Positions 1 to 14,054 are shown, numbered from the whole stretch's first letter. The stretch: 62,931 bases of DNA, filler included, from Octopus bimaculoides (GCF_001194135.2; 10 parts of 9 records of this genome joined end to end with filler, not necessarily neighbours in it); one strand, 5' to 3'. The notes: a model not told the origin generated them from the sequence alone. Program-made: numbers and translations.

Positions 1-24
1 TATATATATATATATATATATATA

Positions 25-758
25 TGTAATGTTACGAGTGGGTTTCGTTGGGAGATAATATAGTGGATTTCGTTTGGGCATGAGGATTCGAACGTGAATC
101 TATTGGATTGCCCTTTAAATTACAACGGCGTTTTCCTTCAGAGAAACAACGCTTGACACTAGTGTCGCTCAACACATTGCCAAATCGATTTATATCATTT
201 CCACTTTGCCCTTTGACGTCTTTTGTGTCACCAAAAGTCGAAATATGATAAATACTTACCTACAGCAGGTAACGATATGTCTCTCATTTTGGCTACTCTG
301 GATACTTATAAATACTAAAATCGCTTAATGATAGCTTAGTTGATGAGAAGCTACTAACATAAGAGGCAACCTCACCGGCGGAAGGAGGTGTTCCTGCGTC
401 ACGTTCAGGAGTTATTGTGTTTCACTTCCCTCTCCACTCTCTAGCTTTCACTAGCTCACGTTCCTTTCTCTAGAACATCACTCTGTCTCTATAATCTTAC
501 AACTAGCATGTCGAGAACATTATTCAAAACCACAAGAATTTATATAAAAATACCTCCCTTGTGTTTTGATCGACATTTTTGAGAATTTGGAATAAACTAA
601 GGGAATTGATGACTTCGATCACCAACACCGGATTTCCAATCAATAATGACTGGCAAACTCCTAACTATTTCCTTATAGCTCTTTGCTTTGAAATAAATAA
701 AAAAATTGTGATGGATTTGTGTCTTGGACTAATATATATATATATATATATTATTACA
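25..758. mobile_element. Possible solo LTR-like repeat
   Basis: TGTAAT...ATTACA termini, with internal TATA-like (~540) and AATAAA (~692) motifs. The ctttcactagctc...aacatca core recurs inverted near 17910-17960. No target-site duplication seen. Confidence 0.35.
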
Positions 759-1997
759 GTTTTACACTGTCGTTGATGGAAGTTTTACTATATGTTTTCT
801 CAGTAATCACCGCTTTACAGCTAGTCATGAAGAAGAGGTTCTCACCATGAAATATATAAACACAAGGTAAAACTGTTATATTGTTCTGTTTTCTTGTCAA
901 TTTATAATTTACTTTATATCTTCTTACCCTGTTCCTCCAACGGCTTTAGATCATTGATAATAATTTCATAGAATAGACTCATGTGTTTTTTTTCTCCTAA
1001 GATTGAGATTCTGCATTCCCGTAGAATTATAGACGCGCGAATATTGAGGCAAAAGAATCAAATTCTCTATATTCAAACAGTTCTCTATCCAGCCTCAAGA
1101 GGCCTTCTCTTAAAATATGAACATACGTAAATTATTATTACTTAATTGACAACCATTTCTGTTTAGCACTAACGTGAACTTCACAAATGATGCAGGTTTA
1201 AGTCAGGCTTGTATCATCGCATTCTTTTAATTCCTTCTAATATGCATGTACTACACCATAGGTGTTCAAATTTATATTTTGAGAATTACAAGACGAATTG
1301 CAAAGTCTAGAGAAAGAAAATTACTGCATATGCTGAGTACAATGACAGATGATATAGCAAGTTTAAATGTACGTAATGTATCCACTGTGTATAGCGACAC
1401 AGCTAAGCCGAATGCGATGATATGTCATTAGTATTGAACGTGATGATATATAAGCAGATAGGAATAACATTTCCTAAAATATCCTCCAAGCCAATGCATT
1501 AAATGAAACCTGCCGTCTGCCTAAATAAAAGCAATTAATCAAGCGTCTGTATTTGGAAAGCATTTCCAACAATGTAATTCGAAATTAAATCCACGTCTGA
1601 GTAACATGTATTATATGTAAAACTCTGGTACGAATGTAAAGGTACTCAGATCAAACTGCAGAACATATGTAGGGCCGCACTCCACGTTTATGTTGTTTCC
1701 AAAATGTTTAAATACAATGTATAACGTAATGCAGCGTGAAAAGATTAAAACGTCTGAATATCTTAATAAATTTTGCAGCCGATGAATTAGAGGGGTAGTG
1801 TTCGTCTCTAATTCCTACACAAAAGAGACGATCACCCTCTCTCCATGTGGTCGGCTTCAAAATTGTTAAGATATAAAGATATTTTTCGTAACGTGAAACC
1901 AATACTAGGTTTCATATATAAAAATAAAAATTTTAGACACCAATACGGATACAACAGAATTGCTTCTTCTTGTATTTGTTGCTCCATTCTCAACACA

Positions 1998-2000
1998 CAA

Positions 2001-2046
<46 letters not shown>

Positions 2047-2188
2047 GCATATATGCATACATATATACATACATGCATATACATACATATATACATACAT
2101 ATATATGTGTGTGCGTGGGTGGGTGTATGTGCGTGTGCGTGTGTGTATGTGTACGTGTGTGTGTGTGTGTATGTGTGTGTGTGTGTGT
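1998..2188. repeat. Compound (CA)/(TA)/(TACA)/(TG) microsatellite
   Basis: Read directly. Similar blocks occur at 2660-2870, 6975-7075, 32050-32150, 36170-36350 and 62160-62700. Confidence 0.95.
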
Positions 2189-4309
2189 AAGAAAATGTAC
2201 GGAACTAATTTTATGGAACAATCTTATTTTTTTCTTTTAGTAATAATTGAATTTCAATGATTGTCATTTTCATACCCAATATAGCACGTGAAAATAATTT
2301 TCAGATTTTTTGTAAATTATTAATCTGGACATTCAATTAAATGATAAGTGTTACTTGAATGGCAAAGTGAAAAAAATACGAAATATCGAGAAATATTATC
2401 CATCAATAAATTGTAAGATAGCGAATTTTGTTTTTTTAAATTACCTCAACGAAAATGATATTTGAAAACTAATTCAATTTCTTTTCAAATTGGACTCAAA
2501 TAATTTGAAATATATTTTTATATTCTTATTATAACATCAGCATACAATATCTTAGTAATTTTCTAAAAGATTTGAAGCAATAATTATTTGAAATATATAT
2601 CTATACGCCATACATCTCCCACCCTGTTACCTAAACAGACATATGCATAAATACAAACATAGTCGCGCACATACGCATACGCATATACATACATATATAT
2701 ATATACATATATATATATGTTTGTGTGTGTGTGTATGTATGTGTGCGTGTGTGTGTGTGCGTGTGTATACATACACACATACAAAAACCACATATACATA
2801 TTCGTATGTGGATGAATATATAAATACACGTGTGTATGTGTGTATGTATGTATTTGAACTCGTATGTATGTTTATGCGGAAACTTTTAATATACGTAAGT
2901 ATGCATTTCATGCATTTCTCTCAATTAAAAAACAAACGCACTCTTCATGTTATAGTGTTTGATTTATGTGATTTCAAAATTACATCTCGTTTTCTGGGCC
3001 AGAATGAAAAATATATTAAAATGCAGATGCATTTATGAACATGAACGTGCAAAGAAAAAAATGCTTTACTTCCAAAATAATGCAATAACTATATAAAACA
3101 CGCTATGTATCATGTATGAATCTTGAAGAAGCAATGTAGGAAAGACATAAAGTACATCTGAGAGACGTGAAATAACTTGTGCAAAGGAACTGCAGAAGAA
3201 TGAACAGCGTACAATGTATGGGTAAAAGTATCCTTAAATTATCAGTTTACGAAAACAAAATAAGGCAACACAGATTTTTGAAAATAATTTTATTTCCTGA
3301 CAACCAAGTACTACAGCACGATGACAGTTTAAACTATACAGACACAAGTTGTAGACCTTAACCATACACTTGATATCGGGAGTATTTGGAGTAAGAATCC
3401 CTCTTAAAGATCAGTAACAGCCACAGTAGTACATGCTTGTTGGTGAAACACTTTTTACAGATTAGATATTTGATATTAGCAAAAGCAAATGGAAAGAAAG
3501 GCATAAAGAGAAATGATAGTCGTTGACGATTAAAATGTAAGAAATGGAACGTTTCCTGTATGCAAATCATTTAGCAAAAAAAGCATATCTATAAACAAAC
3601 ATATCTTTGGATTTTAGAAGTGTCGAATGTGTAGTGTATTATAGAAAACAGAAAGTAATATTTGGAATGCAGTAACACCTTGAAAACAGCAGAAAAAAAT
3701 AGTTATTATTACTCTTGCACTCAGCCAAAACGTGTCCGTCCTGCAAGGGTAAAACTATTATTTATGGGAAATTAAACAAACATGACCTTTAGAAAAAAGA
3801 ATAAGGTATATGAAGTGAAACATGAAATAGTCAATGGCTTGTGCTATGATCAATTTGCAAGAAACTGTTTCTATATTCAAATAATATTGGAACTCAATAG
3901 TTATGCAATCTAGCGGGAAACAGATTATGTTGTGCTATGTTGTCCAGTGAGAAACCACAATATATTTACATCATAAATAACTGTATCTAGTATTATCTGC
4001 ATATATCCCCTTTCGATGTATCTGTACGAAAACACCTACGATTTGAGAATTACATTAGTAAAAAATGCAAGGATGTGAATTTACTGTGGCTGGAACGAAC
4101 AAGTAAAACGGAAAAAAAACACTCCTACGCCTTAAAGTTAAATGCAGCATTCCCTTTGAAATATTGATGTAGGATATTGAGTGAGGATCCTCATATATAA
4201 TCAAGAGTTATAGCCGGCAACTCTGCAACAAATATAATTGAAGGAATAAGCATCTATAACAATCTACCTACAAAACGTAGTATCGCTAGCACCATTCACA
4301 GAAACAAAT

Positions 4310-4560
4310 TAAAATGAGTCACCGTACCTTACAAAACATATACACAAAATGAAATACCAATGTTCACCCGTATGACACGTCTTGACTCCACTAAAATAAG
4401 CCTCGCACAAGTTGAGACGGACATTAATGAATAAGTCATAACTTTAATATGTACAATAAATTAATGTCACCATTCATATGATCTTAAAGATTTCATTGCA
4501 GGTAGCATGGATGTCATGTCACTATATCCATCAATTGACGTACATCATCCAGTAATAATA
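4310..4560 (+). mobile_element. Penelope-like reverse transcriptase remnant
   Basis: agcatggatgtcatgtcactatatccatcaatt = SMDVMSLYPSI, the PLE-type RT motif DVxSLYPSI. Surrounding frame is broken. Confidence 0.55.
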
Positions 4561-5499
4561 TGACAGGATTTTGTGAGTATGATTTAGTTTTTCCTCCTGC
4601 CTATATCACAAAACTTACAGTGGACCTAACTGTGGATGAATATACTGGTTACAGTAATATTTTTTATCATGTATATCGCATATTGTTTGCGCGCCTTTCT
4701 ATCAAATTAAAAAGGAAATGTCTTTTGTTTGTTCTACGTTGATGCTGCAAATTTCGCCAATGAGAGGCACATAGCGTCTCTATTGCCATATTCTCGAGGT
4801 GCGGTATATATAGCAGGAATCCATTTCTTGTTAATAAGTGAAGCACATCTCTTCCACCTACAGATTTTGTTACCAAGTTGGTTCAACGTAATTAGACCCA
4901 ATTCTCTGTAATTCGCAGTGCATGTGTGCCTTTGTGTCTGTGCTTCGTGTGCTTCGTGTGTGCACTGTGTTTATGTCTGTGCGCGCGCGCGAGTGTATAA
5001 AACTACAGAAAGACAACTTGAAAATTTGGGGAAAATGAAGAAACTACATTTTTGTTTGAATTTTATATGGGTTAGAGTTGGATTGATAAAAATACATCTC
5101 TTCATAGGTTTTCTTAGAGAACACTTTGTTATATTGTTAATTACAGAAATTTCTTACTAAGGATTCTTGCAAATTTGAATCATGAAGCCAATCAGGTTTA
5201 ACGAGAGTATCTGATACGCTACATTTCAATTACAACAATTGATATCATAGAAATTTATCCTAAACTTTACTCATTTGGTCTCCACTTGAGTACGATTAGT
5301 ATGTAGATTGACAATTAATAGTTGAATTCAAAGGTTTGGTGTTCAGGCTAAATTTGCATAAAAGGAAAATAAACCAAAATACACTTTTCAGAGATAAAAG
5401 TATATAAAAAATTAAAAATTACAAACAGTAAGCAGCGCTGAAAATGATAGATCTGTCTCTTTGACTTCACACATCACCAAAATAGTGGGAGTAAGTAAA

Positions 5500-6850
5500 T
5501 TAATTGCATTCCTTGAGGAGAATAACTTGCGGAATGACTCGCAGCATGGTTTTCAACCAGGAAGAATCTGTCTAACAAAGCTCTTACAGTACAACGACTG
5601 GGTGTTAAAGTAACGTCTCAAATACACTAATGTGAACCTGATGATCTATCTAAACATTGCAAAAGCCTGAGATGAAGCCGACCGTAGTATGATCTGTCGC
5701 AATCTGCTTGATATCGGCATTATCGTAAACTTTCAAGTGTGGCTACACGATTCTTTTAAAAGATAGAAATCAGGCAATGGTTACCAATGGAACCACCTTT
5801 AAAGGAAACACAACAGCGAATGTTGTTCCAAAGGGGACAATGGCTCTCTCGGGCACGCACTCATTTGATTAAATAACTACTTGCAGATAACCAGCATTGC
5901 AGATAATAAAAATGTCTTTCGGAGGATATAGAACACTGGGGATATTGGTGATGGATGCACTATGCAGGTGGGCTGAGGATACTCACATGTAGTTTAATGC
6001 TGAAAAATCCCAAGTTCTTTGCTACCAGCAAACAAAGCTCCATGAAGTTTAGAAAGAATAAACGGGCCCAAGAAGGCTTGCAATCTCTAATTTAAAATTG
6101 GTGCATGACCTGAGCATTTAAACGAATAAAGATACATCTTTTAAGGTGCAAATTACTAAGTTAGCATGTCAACTTTTGCGATAGGTTGAAAACGTCAAGG
6201 CATTACCCCCTAAAATAAAGACGAGAACGATATGCAGTGGTATACACCTGGATAATCCTAGAAAGGCTAGTAATAAACTTTGTCATTGAAAGTTATAGAA
6301 ACAACAGAACAGGGTGTCACAGCATAGAGCTAATCTTTCCAAAATTACTAACAAGTACAAGACGAGATACTGCAATATATTGGGTTTCTATGACCACATC
6401 TCTTCAATATTCTACCAAAAGAACCGAGGGAACTGCTTAGCGTGGATATAAGTGTGTTCCCAATAAATCTGGAGCTCCTCCTGTCAGGAGTTCCGGGTTA
6501 GACTCCCTTACTGCATAGAAACGGTGATGACGGTAGCAGCATCAAATTTCCTCATTTACCAAATGTCACTTACCAGAGGAAGATTCAGCTAGTGTCCGAG
6601 AAGCAAAGTTAACAATGGTGCACATGCAGGGCGCCAGATCTCAAGTTCATTAGACAACAAATTGTAGATAACCAACACTGGCGATAATAAAAATGTATTT
6701 TGGAGGATATAGAACTCTAGGAAGATACAGATATTCGCGGGGGATGCAATATACAGGTGGGCTGAGGACATGTAGTTTAATGCTGAAAAATCCCAAGTTC
6801 TTTGCAACGAGCATACAGAGCTCAATGAAGTGTAGGGAAACATTTTGGAA
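5500..6850 (+). mobile_element. Degenerate CR1/L2-type LINE reverse transcriptase with internal duplication
   Basis: Motif remnants NDSQHGFQPGRICLTKLL, IYLNIAKA*D, VVPKGT and WAED..M*FNAEK. 5900-6055 is repeated at about 6680-6835. Confidence 0.75.
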
Positions 6851-6978
6851 AAGAATTCTGGGACGGCAATATCGACGAAGCTAGCCCCACCTTTGTCGTT
6901 CAATCAATGCCCTACATAGAGCCTACGCTAAATAAAAATGTATGAAAATAGGGAAATATTTCTCCATATATGAATATG

Positions 6979-7012
<34 letters not shown>

Positions 7013-7079
7013 AGTGAGTGTGTGTGTGTGTGAGTGAGTGTGTGTGTGTGTGTGTATGTGTGTGTGTGTGTGTATACAA

Positions 7080-7760
7080 GGAAATGGAAAATACTTACCT
7101 CAATGATGGCTTCATTTTAAGGAATGAAAGCATAGAGAACGGGAATAAGCTGGAAATAGTCCTAATGGAATTAATAAAAATGTATAATTCCCCATTTATA
7201 TTATACATAATTATAAATACTTTTAGACAATCTAATACAGAACATCAAAGACCAAATAGAGATTGTTATTTGCTATTAACCTACGGATTTCAAACAATAT
7301 CTTCCACCCTGTTCATGATATCCAAGACACACGAGAGTGTCTCTTTTTAACTAACAAAAACGGATTGTACAGCAAAAACAATATAAAGAATCCGTAAAGC
7401 ATGATATTATGAACTAGAGGACAGACTCCATAAAGGAATTACTACGACCGTCATTCTGTAATGGAATACAACAAACCAAGTGATTCGTTATCCATGACAT
7501 ATGCCAAGTTAAACAATGAGATACATCGGAATAGAAGAACCTTCAATAGATCTCCAACAACAGTAACAAATGTTCACAAGTAAAACTAAATTCACCAGTT
7601 CTATGCTCCGGATTTGGGGAACGTTACATTCGTAAGCGAGAAATAGTCGTGCGACAAAGCATAGATCACAACCTGAAATACAAAAAAAAAAAATCAGACA
7701 CAGAGCACCCGGAGAACCTAGTCTTATGTGCAGGTAACAATCAAACAGTGACTTTTCCTC
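7080..7760 (+). mobile_element. Degenerate Penelope-like element RT/thumb region
   Basis: YLNDGFIL (YxDD-like) followed by LDNLIQ..QIEI..Y*PTDFKQYLPPCS*YPRHT, the typical PLE D.Y.KPTD..QYL...S.HP.H motif. Confidence 0.7.
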
Positions 7761-8238
7761 TCTGTAAACTTAGCAATAATTCAACAGAGAAATCGCCTTT
7801 TATGAAAAAAATAACAGTAATATTTTGTTTTGCAGAGAAATAAGGACAACTTGCAGCAAAATTACTTATATTCAAATCAAAATCATCATGCAGTTAGTGA
7901 GATAAATGACTGCCATAAGCCGCCATTGAGAATGCTACCCATTGCCTGTCTTTCTATTTCTGCTGCTATCGCTAACATCGCTATCAGCTTTCACTCATTT
8001 TAATTCGATGGCCACTACTACCGTAAAATGTTAACAAGCACCAATCAGAAGGAAATAAAATACCACCCTGAATTGAATGATCTTTCATAAGGGAGCTTCA
8101 AAAGTCTTTTTCTATTCATTGTTTCCAAATAGGGTCTTGGTGAAGTGATCGAAAGTGAACTCAGAGATACGTGTTTGCTTTAACCATGTTTTCTAAGAAA
8201 TCTCTTCTTATGTTTTGTACACATACATACATACATCC

Positions 8239-8299
<61 letters not shown>

Positions 8300-8343
8300 N
8301 NNNNNNNNNNNNNNNNNNNNNNNNNNNNNNNNNNNNNNNNNNN

Positions 8344-8355
8344 TTAATTAATTAA
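8344..8355. other. Artificial contig-join linker (44 N + TTAATTAATTAA + 44 N)
   Basis: The same 12-mer, with stops in all six frames, sits in N runs at 8344, 16691, 18189, 20494, 38380, 40961, 44566, 57909 and 60607. Confidence 0.95.
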
Positions 8356-9969
8356 NNNNNNNNNNNNNNNNNNNNNNNNNNNNNNNNNNNNNNNNNNNNT
8401 ATACAGCTACGGTAGTGGTTCAATATATTCTTAAGTCCACCAATTCGTTAATCGCAGCAGATTCCAAGCTTCACCACTAATTCAGTTCTCAAATAAATTG
8501 TAAACTGTTACTAGTTTTAAAGAGAACACGTCCTCAGCTACACTTTGAAATAATTTGAGATTTGGTTCAGTAGAAAAAATCTTACATCAAAATATGTCAG
8601 ACCTCAAGGTGGGCAGTAAGGCAGATATTCATCTTCAATTAACATAAATTTTCTTAATTTTCAAATAAAAGTATACTTTTCTTAAACTTAAATGATAGAA
8701 AAATTCATGAGGAATTCAGAATCGTTAGTCGCATTGAACAAAAATTAGTAGAAAAAGAGTTATGAGGTAAAACCTCACGAAATTTAATGTCAGTAAGTGA
8801 GGAAGTAAAAAGTAACGCTCCAAACAATAAGATTATATTTCTAAAATGAATGCATAATTGCTAAATCGGTGAGCTGGCGAAAGCGTTATCACTCCGGGCG
8901 GAATGCTTCGCAGTATTTCGTCTGTCCTTACGCTTTGAGTTCAAATTTCGCCATTGCCTTTTATCCATTTCGGATCTATTCAATTTGACGTACAGATTAT
9001 TTAATTAATTTTTTAACTAAGCACTTCGAAACTTCGGATACTGGTAGAATGTGTCACGTAGAACAGGGTTTACTCTTAACATTTTTGACAAAATTTTGTA
9101 TTTTAGAAGTTATTTCGTCAGAAGTTACAAAGTGACAATGAACAAATTCGTGTTTGATAAGTGCCAATACACACAGCTTTTGACTTACTCTCTAACTTCT
9201 GCCGATGATATATATACATATTACATATATGTGTAAAAAAATCTCATCACGCAATCTAACCAATGAAAGAGCCTCTACCTGATCGCTCGACACGCTAAAA
9301 GTAGCAGCCAAAGTATCCCCCTGCCTTAATCACACTCCCATTGTATGTAATGTCCTAGATTATCCCTAAAAAGATGGTTTGCTGAAGACTGGAATGTCTT
9401 TGCTGATAGGTTTGCAGAATTAGGGTTGGTTTGATGCTAAATAACAACAACATTACAGTAAATTTCTAAATTAACACCCGCACGATTTTCACTAAGAAAA
9501 AAAAAGTTGGATTTTTTGCGAGGAATCAAGTACCCTGACCTCCTAATATGCTGCAAATCCCATATTTTGGTTCGGAAAAAATGAGGTGGGGGTTCCCTCC
9601 ACCAATCCCAGAATCATTGGAAATTTTTTCGATGAATGAATTCCTGTGACCTAATATTGCAAAATTAGATTACTTAAGGTGAGCCTGGTAACTGATGGTT
9701 TTAGGGTCTTGTTGTTTGTAACTTTTGATGAGCCATGGTGCAACCAACAACATGGTAAAAGTCCCTGCCATTAACTTGGTGTGGATGAGTAATATCAAAT
9801 AATTCAATCACAACATATTTATATTAAACATGAAAAAATTGAAATATTATCATCACTTACATGGAAAAATTGAAATATTATCTTTCAGTATTTTATAAGG
9901 TAAAATCTTAAATTATTAATTGACACATTATTAATTATCTTATAACAGAAATGCCTGGAAAAATCATGG

Positions 9970-10428
9970 ATTACATGGAAAAATGCGAACATGAAAAGTA
10001 ATATTCTTAAGATTATAAACCTGGAAAAGTATAAAGAATAAGAAATTTTTTACTAAAAATATTGCTGCTAAAATTAAAATTTGAATATTAAAACTTAGTT
10101 TATTAGAGTTTACAAATAACACTTATTTAAGTAGAATTTGGCTAATTTACTATCTTAAATACAGAAAAAGTGACTAATTAGACAAACTTGCAAATTAGCT
10201 GAACAGATTTGCACAATAAATTTAAAAGACGAGAACTGTAAAGAATGATAAATTAGAAGAACTGGCATTCTTTGCTGCAGTATTTTAAGTAAAAAGTTTC
10301 TTATTCTTTACTTTACTAGAAGTAAAAGCTATTGTTATACTTTTACCGGTGTAATAACTTGTCCTGTACTTTTCCAGGTTTATAATCTATAGAATATTAC
10401 TTTTCATGCTCGCATTTTTCCATGTAAT
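9970..10428. mobile_element. Fold-back MITE with long terminal inverted repeats
   Basis: attacatggaaaaatgcgaacatgaaaagtaatattc...cctggaaaag at 9970 is the reverse complement of ~10365-10428. A second inverted segment pairs aaagaataagaaatttttt with 10275-10310. Confidence 0.8.
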
Positions 10429-10544
10429 ATGTGTGTATATTTATATAAGGGCATTTCTACAGAATAATGCCACACAACAGACTTCCCAAATAAACACATT
10501 TTAGTACCGAATGCGAAGAAAAGCAACCCTCAAAAGAAACCAAC

Positions 10545-10589
<45 letters not shown>

Positions 10590-10593
<4 letters not shown>

Positions 10594-10900
10594 TGAGTGC
10601 AGTATCAACTGAATGACGGTGGACATATCCAGCTAACCTCAGTCTCTTCTGTGTTATCTTTGAGCTAACTATTGGGAGGCTCTCGTACAGCTCTGAGTTC
10701 TTCATCCTCAGTGTATACTGATTAATGTCCTAAGCCATCCTCAGCATTCCTGTGTAGCACCCATCTACCATCTGAATGAGTTGCTTGGTCAGTGTCTAAG
10801 TCTCAGACCCGTACAACAGCACAACTCCACTGCAGCAACGAAGAGACGAAATTTCAGGTCTTTACGAAGGTCCGATTTCCATATAGATCTCAAACTGTGG
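10590..10900 (-). mobile_element. RTE-clade LINE fragment (post-RT region)
   Basis: Minus strand reads IWKSDLRKDLKFRLFVAAVE..LYGSET*TLTK...DGCYTGMLRMA...SELY..LP.VSSKI..RLRLAGYV.RH. Confidence 0.75.
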
Positions 10901-12483
10901 CATGTATGTATGTATGTATGTATGTATGTATATTTATATACAAGCTTATATTATGTTATTATTATATTATGTATGCTCCTCTAACTGTTTTCGTTGCCAT
11001 ATTCTAAATTCCTTTTGAACTGTTATATTTGCCATCTGAGCTGAGTCGGTGCACATGTCCAGCCTTTCTATACTAGTATAAAATCCACCCTTCACCTGGA
11101 GATTTAGCAAAGTGCTCTTCACAACCCTTGAAAAATTTTTCTAAGAACCTTTCAAATAAGAACAATTTACAGGTCATTAGTCTTTAATTTTAACCGACAC
11201 ACATAAACATTATAAAATTATCTTTAACTGTATGGTACCATTCTCAATATTCGAGAATAGATTGTCCAATTGCTTTGACGGCTTCACTCTTTTACTTACT
11301 CATTACTATACTTTTTTTCTTCTTTTAAGTTTTTGTTCTTTCACACAAAATTTTATGGCTTCTTCACCCTTAATCTACAATACTTTGTTTGTGAGTTTTA
11401 TTTCTAAATTTCATTTCGACATGTATTTTCTCTTAACAACTACTCTTTTAAATGACTTCGTTCACTTCCGACTACATGGAATATAAGGTTCTGCTTTTAC
11501 GGTTTTCTAAGTAACATAACTGAATCCCCGCCTTCATACCTTTTTTTTTTTCTTATTACTCACTCTGGTCCACTTAAATTGGTTATCGTAATTGTTTCTC
11601 CCCAAGTTTTTATCTCACATTTTCACACGTATCCATTGTTACAGTATTGTCGCGATCTCTTTCATCTACCCTTAAGTTACACCCATACATTATCTTATTT
11701 CTTTTCCTTTTCGTTTCACTTCAACCCTCATTAAACTAACGACCCGTCATCATCCACAGCCTAAACGTACCGCTATGTAACATTTCTTTCAGCATAAGTT
11801 AAATGCGTTTTATAATAGCAGTGGAGGCAGTCTTTTTCTCATAACTTGATAGGTTGGTTACATCATAAACTTACATCCGATACTTAGGATTTTATATCAC
11901 TATAGCACATTATACTCGCCTCCAATCAATCCCTCGTTTTCTTCATTTCCACCATTCAAATATTAATAGTATTAATTCTCAAATTTTAGATACAGGAATT
12001 TCAATTAACTAGCTTACTAATTAACTAACGGGTTAGCAGTTTGTTTACTTAATACTTCAGCATTTTGATATTTCATTTTGTTTTATCTTATTTATTAGCC
12101 CACCTCTTCCAAAGAACTCTCTGTATTGTTTTTCCCTTTTCATTTCATTTTTTATCAATCTTAATTTTGTTATTTTTCATTTATTCTCCTCCTTCCACAG
12201 CTCAACGTATGGAGTAAAGGGCTACTAATATATGCTTTGATGTGCGTACCTTTCCACATACATAGGTTCCAATGGAATGCTTCCCAAACAACAATTGCCT
12301 ACGTCAATTTCATTATATTTAACATTATCATCCCTTTACGGCTTTCCCTAAAACTTTATCGCTAGTAACTTTCCCTTCACTTATCACATCACTACATTGC
12401 ACCCTTGCGTTTAATTCCTTATTCTTACTGCTGCTATCATCATCATCATCATCATCGTCGTCGTCGTCGTCGTCATTATTATT

Positions 12484-12943
12484 GAGTGAGAGAGCAGTGC
12501 GTGCCATCAAAGTGACACTAGGGTAAAATATACGAAGCCCAGTATAGCCATCATGACTACCTGTCTGATAAGGATACACCAGGCACAAGCATCACAACCA
12601 TATGTGCGCGACGTGGTGATCTCATATCAAGGTGGGGCCCAGTTAGAATTTTCTTCAGGTCGAGTAGCCTATCCCACTCAAAAGGTCCGTGAATAAGGGT
12701 TGTTTAAGGATGTTGAAGGAAACACCTATGTTTCCAGAGGTGAATTATCCAAACCCCAAAGAATTCCTCTCAACACATGGCTATGATGCTCCCCCACTAC
12801 TTCTGCTCGTGATCAGAGATGCACATATCGTCAACCACTAAGGGACATGCTCAACTGGTTAAGGTCAAACAACTGACAAGCAAATTTGTGGTATTGAGCA
12901 GAATATTTGCTGCATCCCATGAGAGCCACTGCATCAGGGCATT
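12484..12943. mobile_element. Unclassified ~550-600 bp microsatellite-embedded repeat, copy 1 (internally deleted)
   Basis: Clearly homologous to 13469-14024, 34272-34815 (inverted) and 43162-43670. Flanked by ATT/ATC tracts. Confidence 0.85.
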
Positions 12944-12957
12944 TATTATTATTATCA

Positions 12958-13052
<95 letters not shown>
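12944..13052. repeat. (ATT)n microsatellite
   Basis: Read directly. Other long ATT/AAT tracts at 34075-34270, 34816-34935, 35152-35252, 38106-38172, 42535-42662 and 43050-43161. Confidence 0.97.
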
Positions 13053-13054
<2 letters not shown>

Positions 13055-13418
13055 AGGCGACGAGCTGGCNNNNNNNNNNNNNNNNNNNNNNNNNNNNNNN
13101 NNNNNNNNNNNNNNNNNNNNNNNNNNNNNNNNNNNNNNNNNNNNNNNNNNNNNNNNNNNNNNNNNNNNNNNNNNNNNNNNNNNNNNNNNNNNNNNNNNNN
13201 NNNNNNNNNNNNNNNNNNNNNNNNNNNNNNNNNNNNNNNNNNNNNNNNNNNNNNNNNNNNNNNNNNNNNNNNNNNNNNNNNNNNNNNNNNNNNNNNNNNN
13301 NNNNNNNNNNNACTTTGCCTTTCATCCTTCGAGATCGATAAATTAAGTACCAGTGAAACACTTGGGTCGATGTAATCGACTAGTCCCTTCCCCACAAAAT
13401 TCAGGCTTTGTGCTTATT
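13053..13418 (+). mobile_element. tRNA-derived SINE (family GGCGGCGAGCTGGC...GAGTTCAAAT...AGAAAGG(ATT)n), interrupted by a gap
   Basis: Head aaggcgacgagctggc; tail actttgcctttcatcc...gataaattaagtacc...gtagaaagg followed by (ATT)n. Confidence 0.8.
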
Positions 13419-13468
13419 GTAGAAAGGATTATTATTATTATTATTATCATCATTATTTTATTATTATT

Positions 13469-14024
13469 GAGTGAGTGAGCAGTGCATGCCATCAAAGTGA
13501 CACTGGGATAAAATATACGAAGCCCAGTATAGCCATCATGACTACCAGTCTGATAAGGGTACACCAGGCACATGCATCACAACCATATGTGCGCGACATG
13601 GTGATCTCATATCAAGATTAACAGCGCATGACCTTACAAGTGGAGCCCAGTTAGAGTTTCTTCAGGTTGAGTATCCCATCCCGCTCAAAAGGTCCCTGAA
13701 TAAGGTTTGTTTAAGGATGTTGAGCAAAACACCCATGTTTCCAAAGGTGAATTATTCAAACCCCAAAGAACTCCTCTCAACACATGGCTATGATGCTCCC
13801 CCACTACTTCTGCTCATGATCAGAGATGCACATATCGTCAGCCACTAAGGGACATGTTCAACTGGTTAAGGTCAAACAACTGACACGCAAATCTGTGGTA
13901 TTGAGCAGAATATTTGCTGTAGCCCATCTTTTATACCAAGACAAAACAATGTACATGATAACACTTCCAATCAGTTAAGATGACAAACCACGAGAGCCGC
14001 TGTCGGGTACAGCATCAGGGTATT
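13469..14024. mobile_element. Unclassified ~550-600 bp microsatellite-embedded repeat, copy 2
   Basis: Both ends defined (gagtgag...gcagtgcatgcc and gcatcaggg(t/c)att). ATT tracts on both sides. Confidence 0.85.
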
Positions 14025-14054
14025 TATTATTATTGTTGTTGTTGTTGTTGTTAT

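Noticed and set aside
1832-3038. Many 60-230 aa ORFs in the track (YIYI, CVCV, poly-I/N/L, X-rich)
   Set aside because: Translations of stop-free microsatellites or N gaps, with no domain content.
4740-4880. Minus-strand MCLSLAKFAAS resembling a Helitron Rep-region motif
   Set aside because: Too short and isolated to support a call.
8300-8399. TTAATTAATTAA motif recurring nine times
   Set aside because: Always centred in a 100-nt N spacer. It is a six-frame-stop scaffolding linker, not a biological repeat or binding site.
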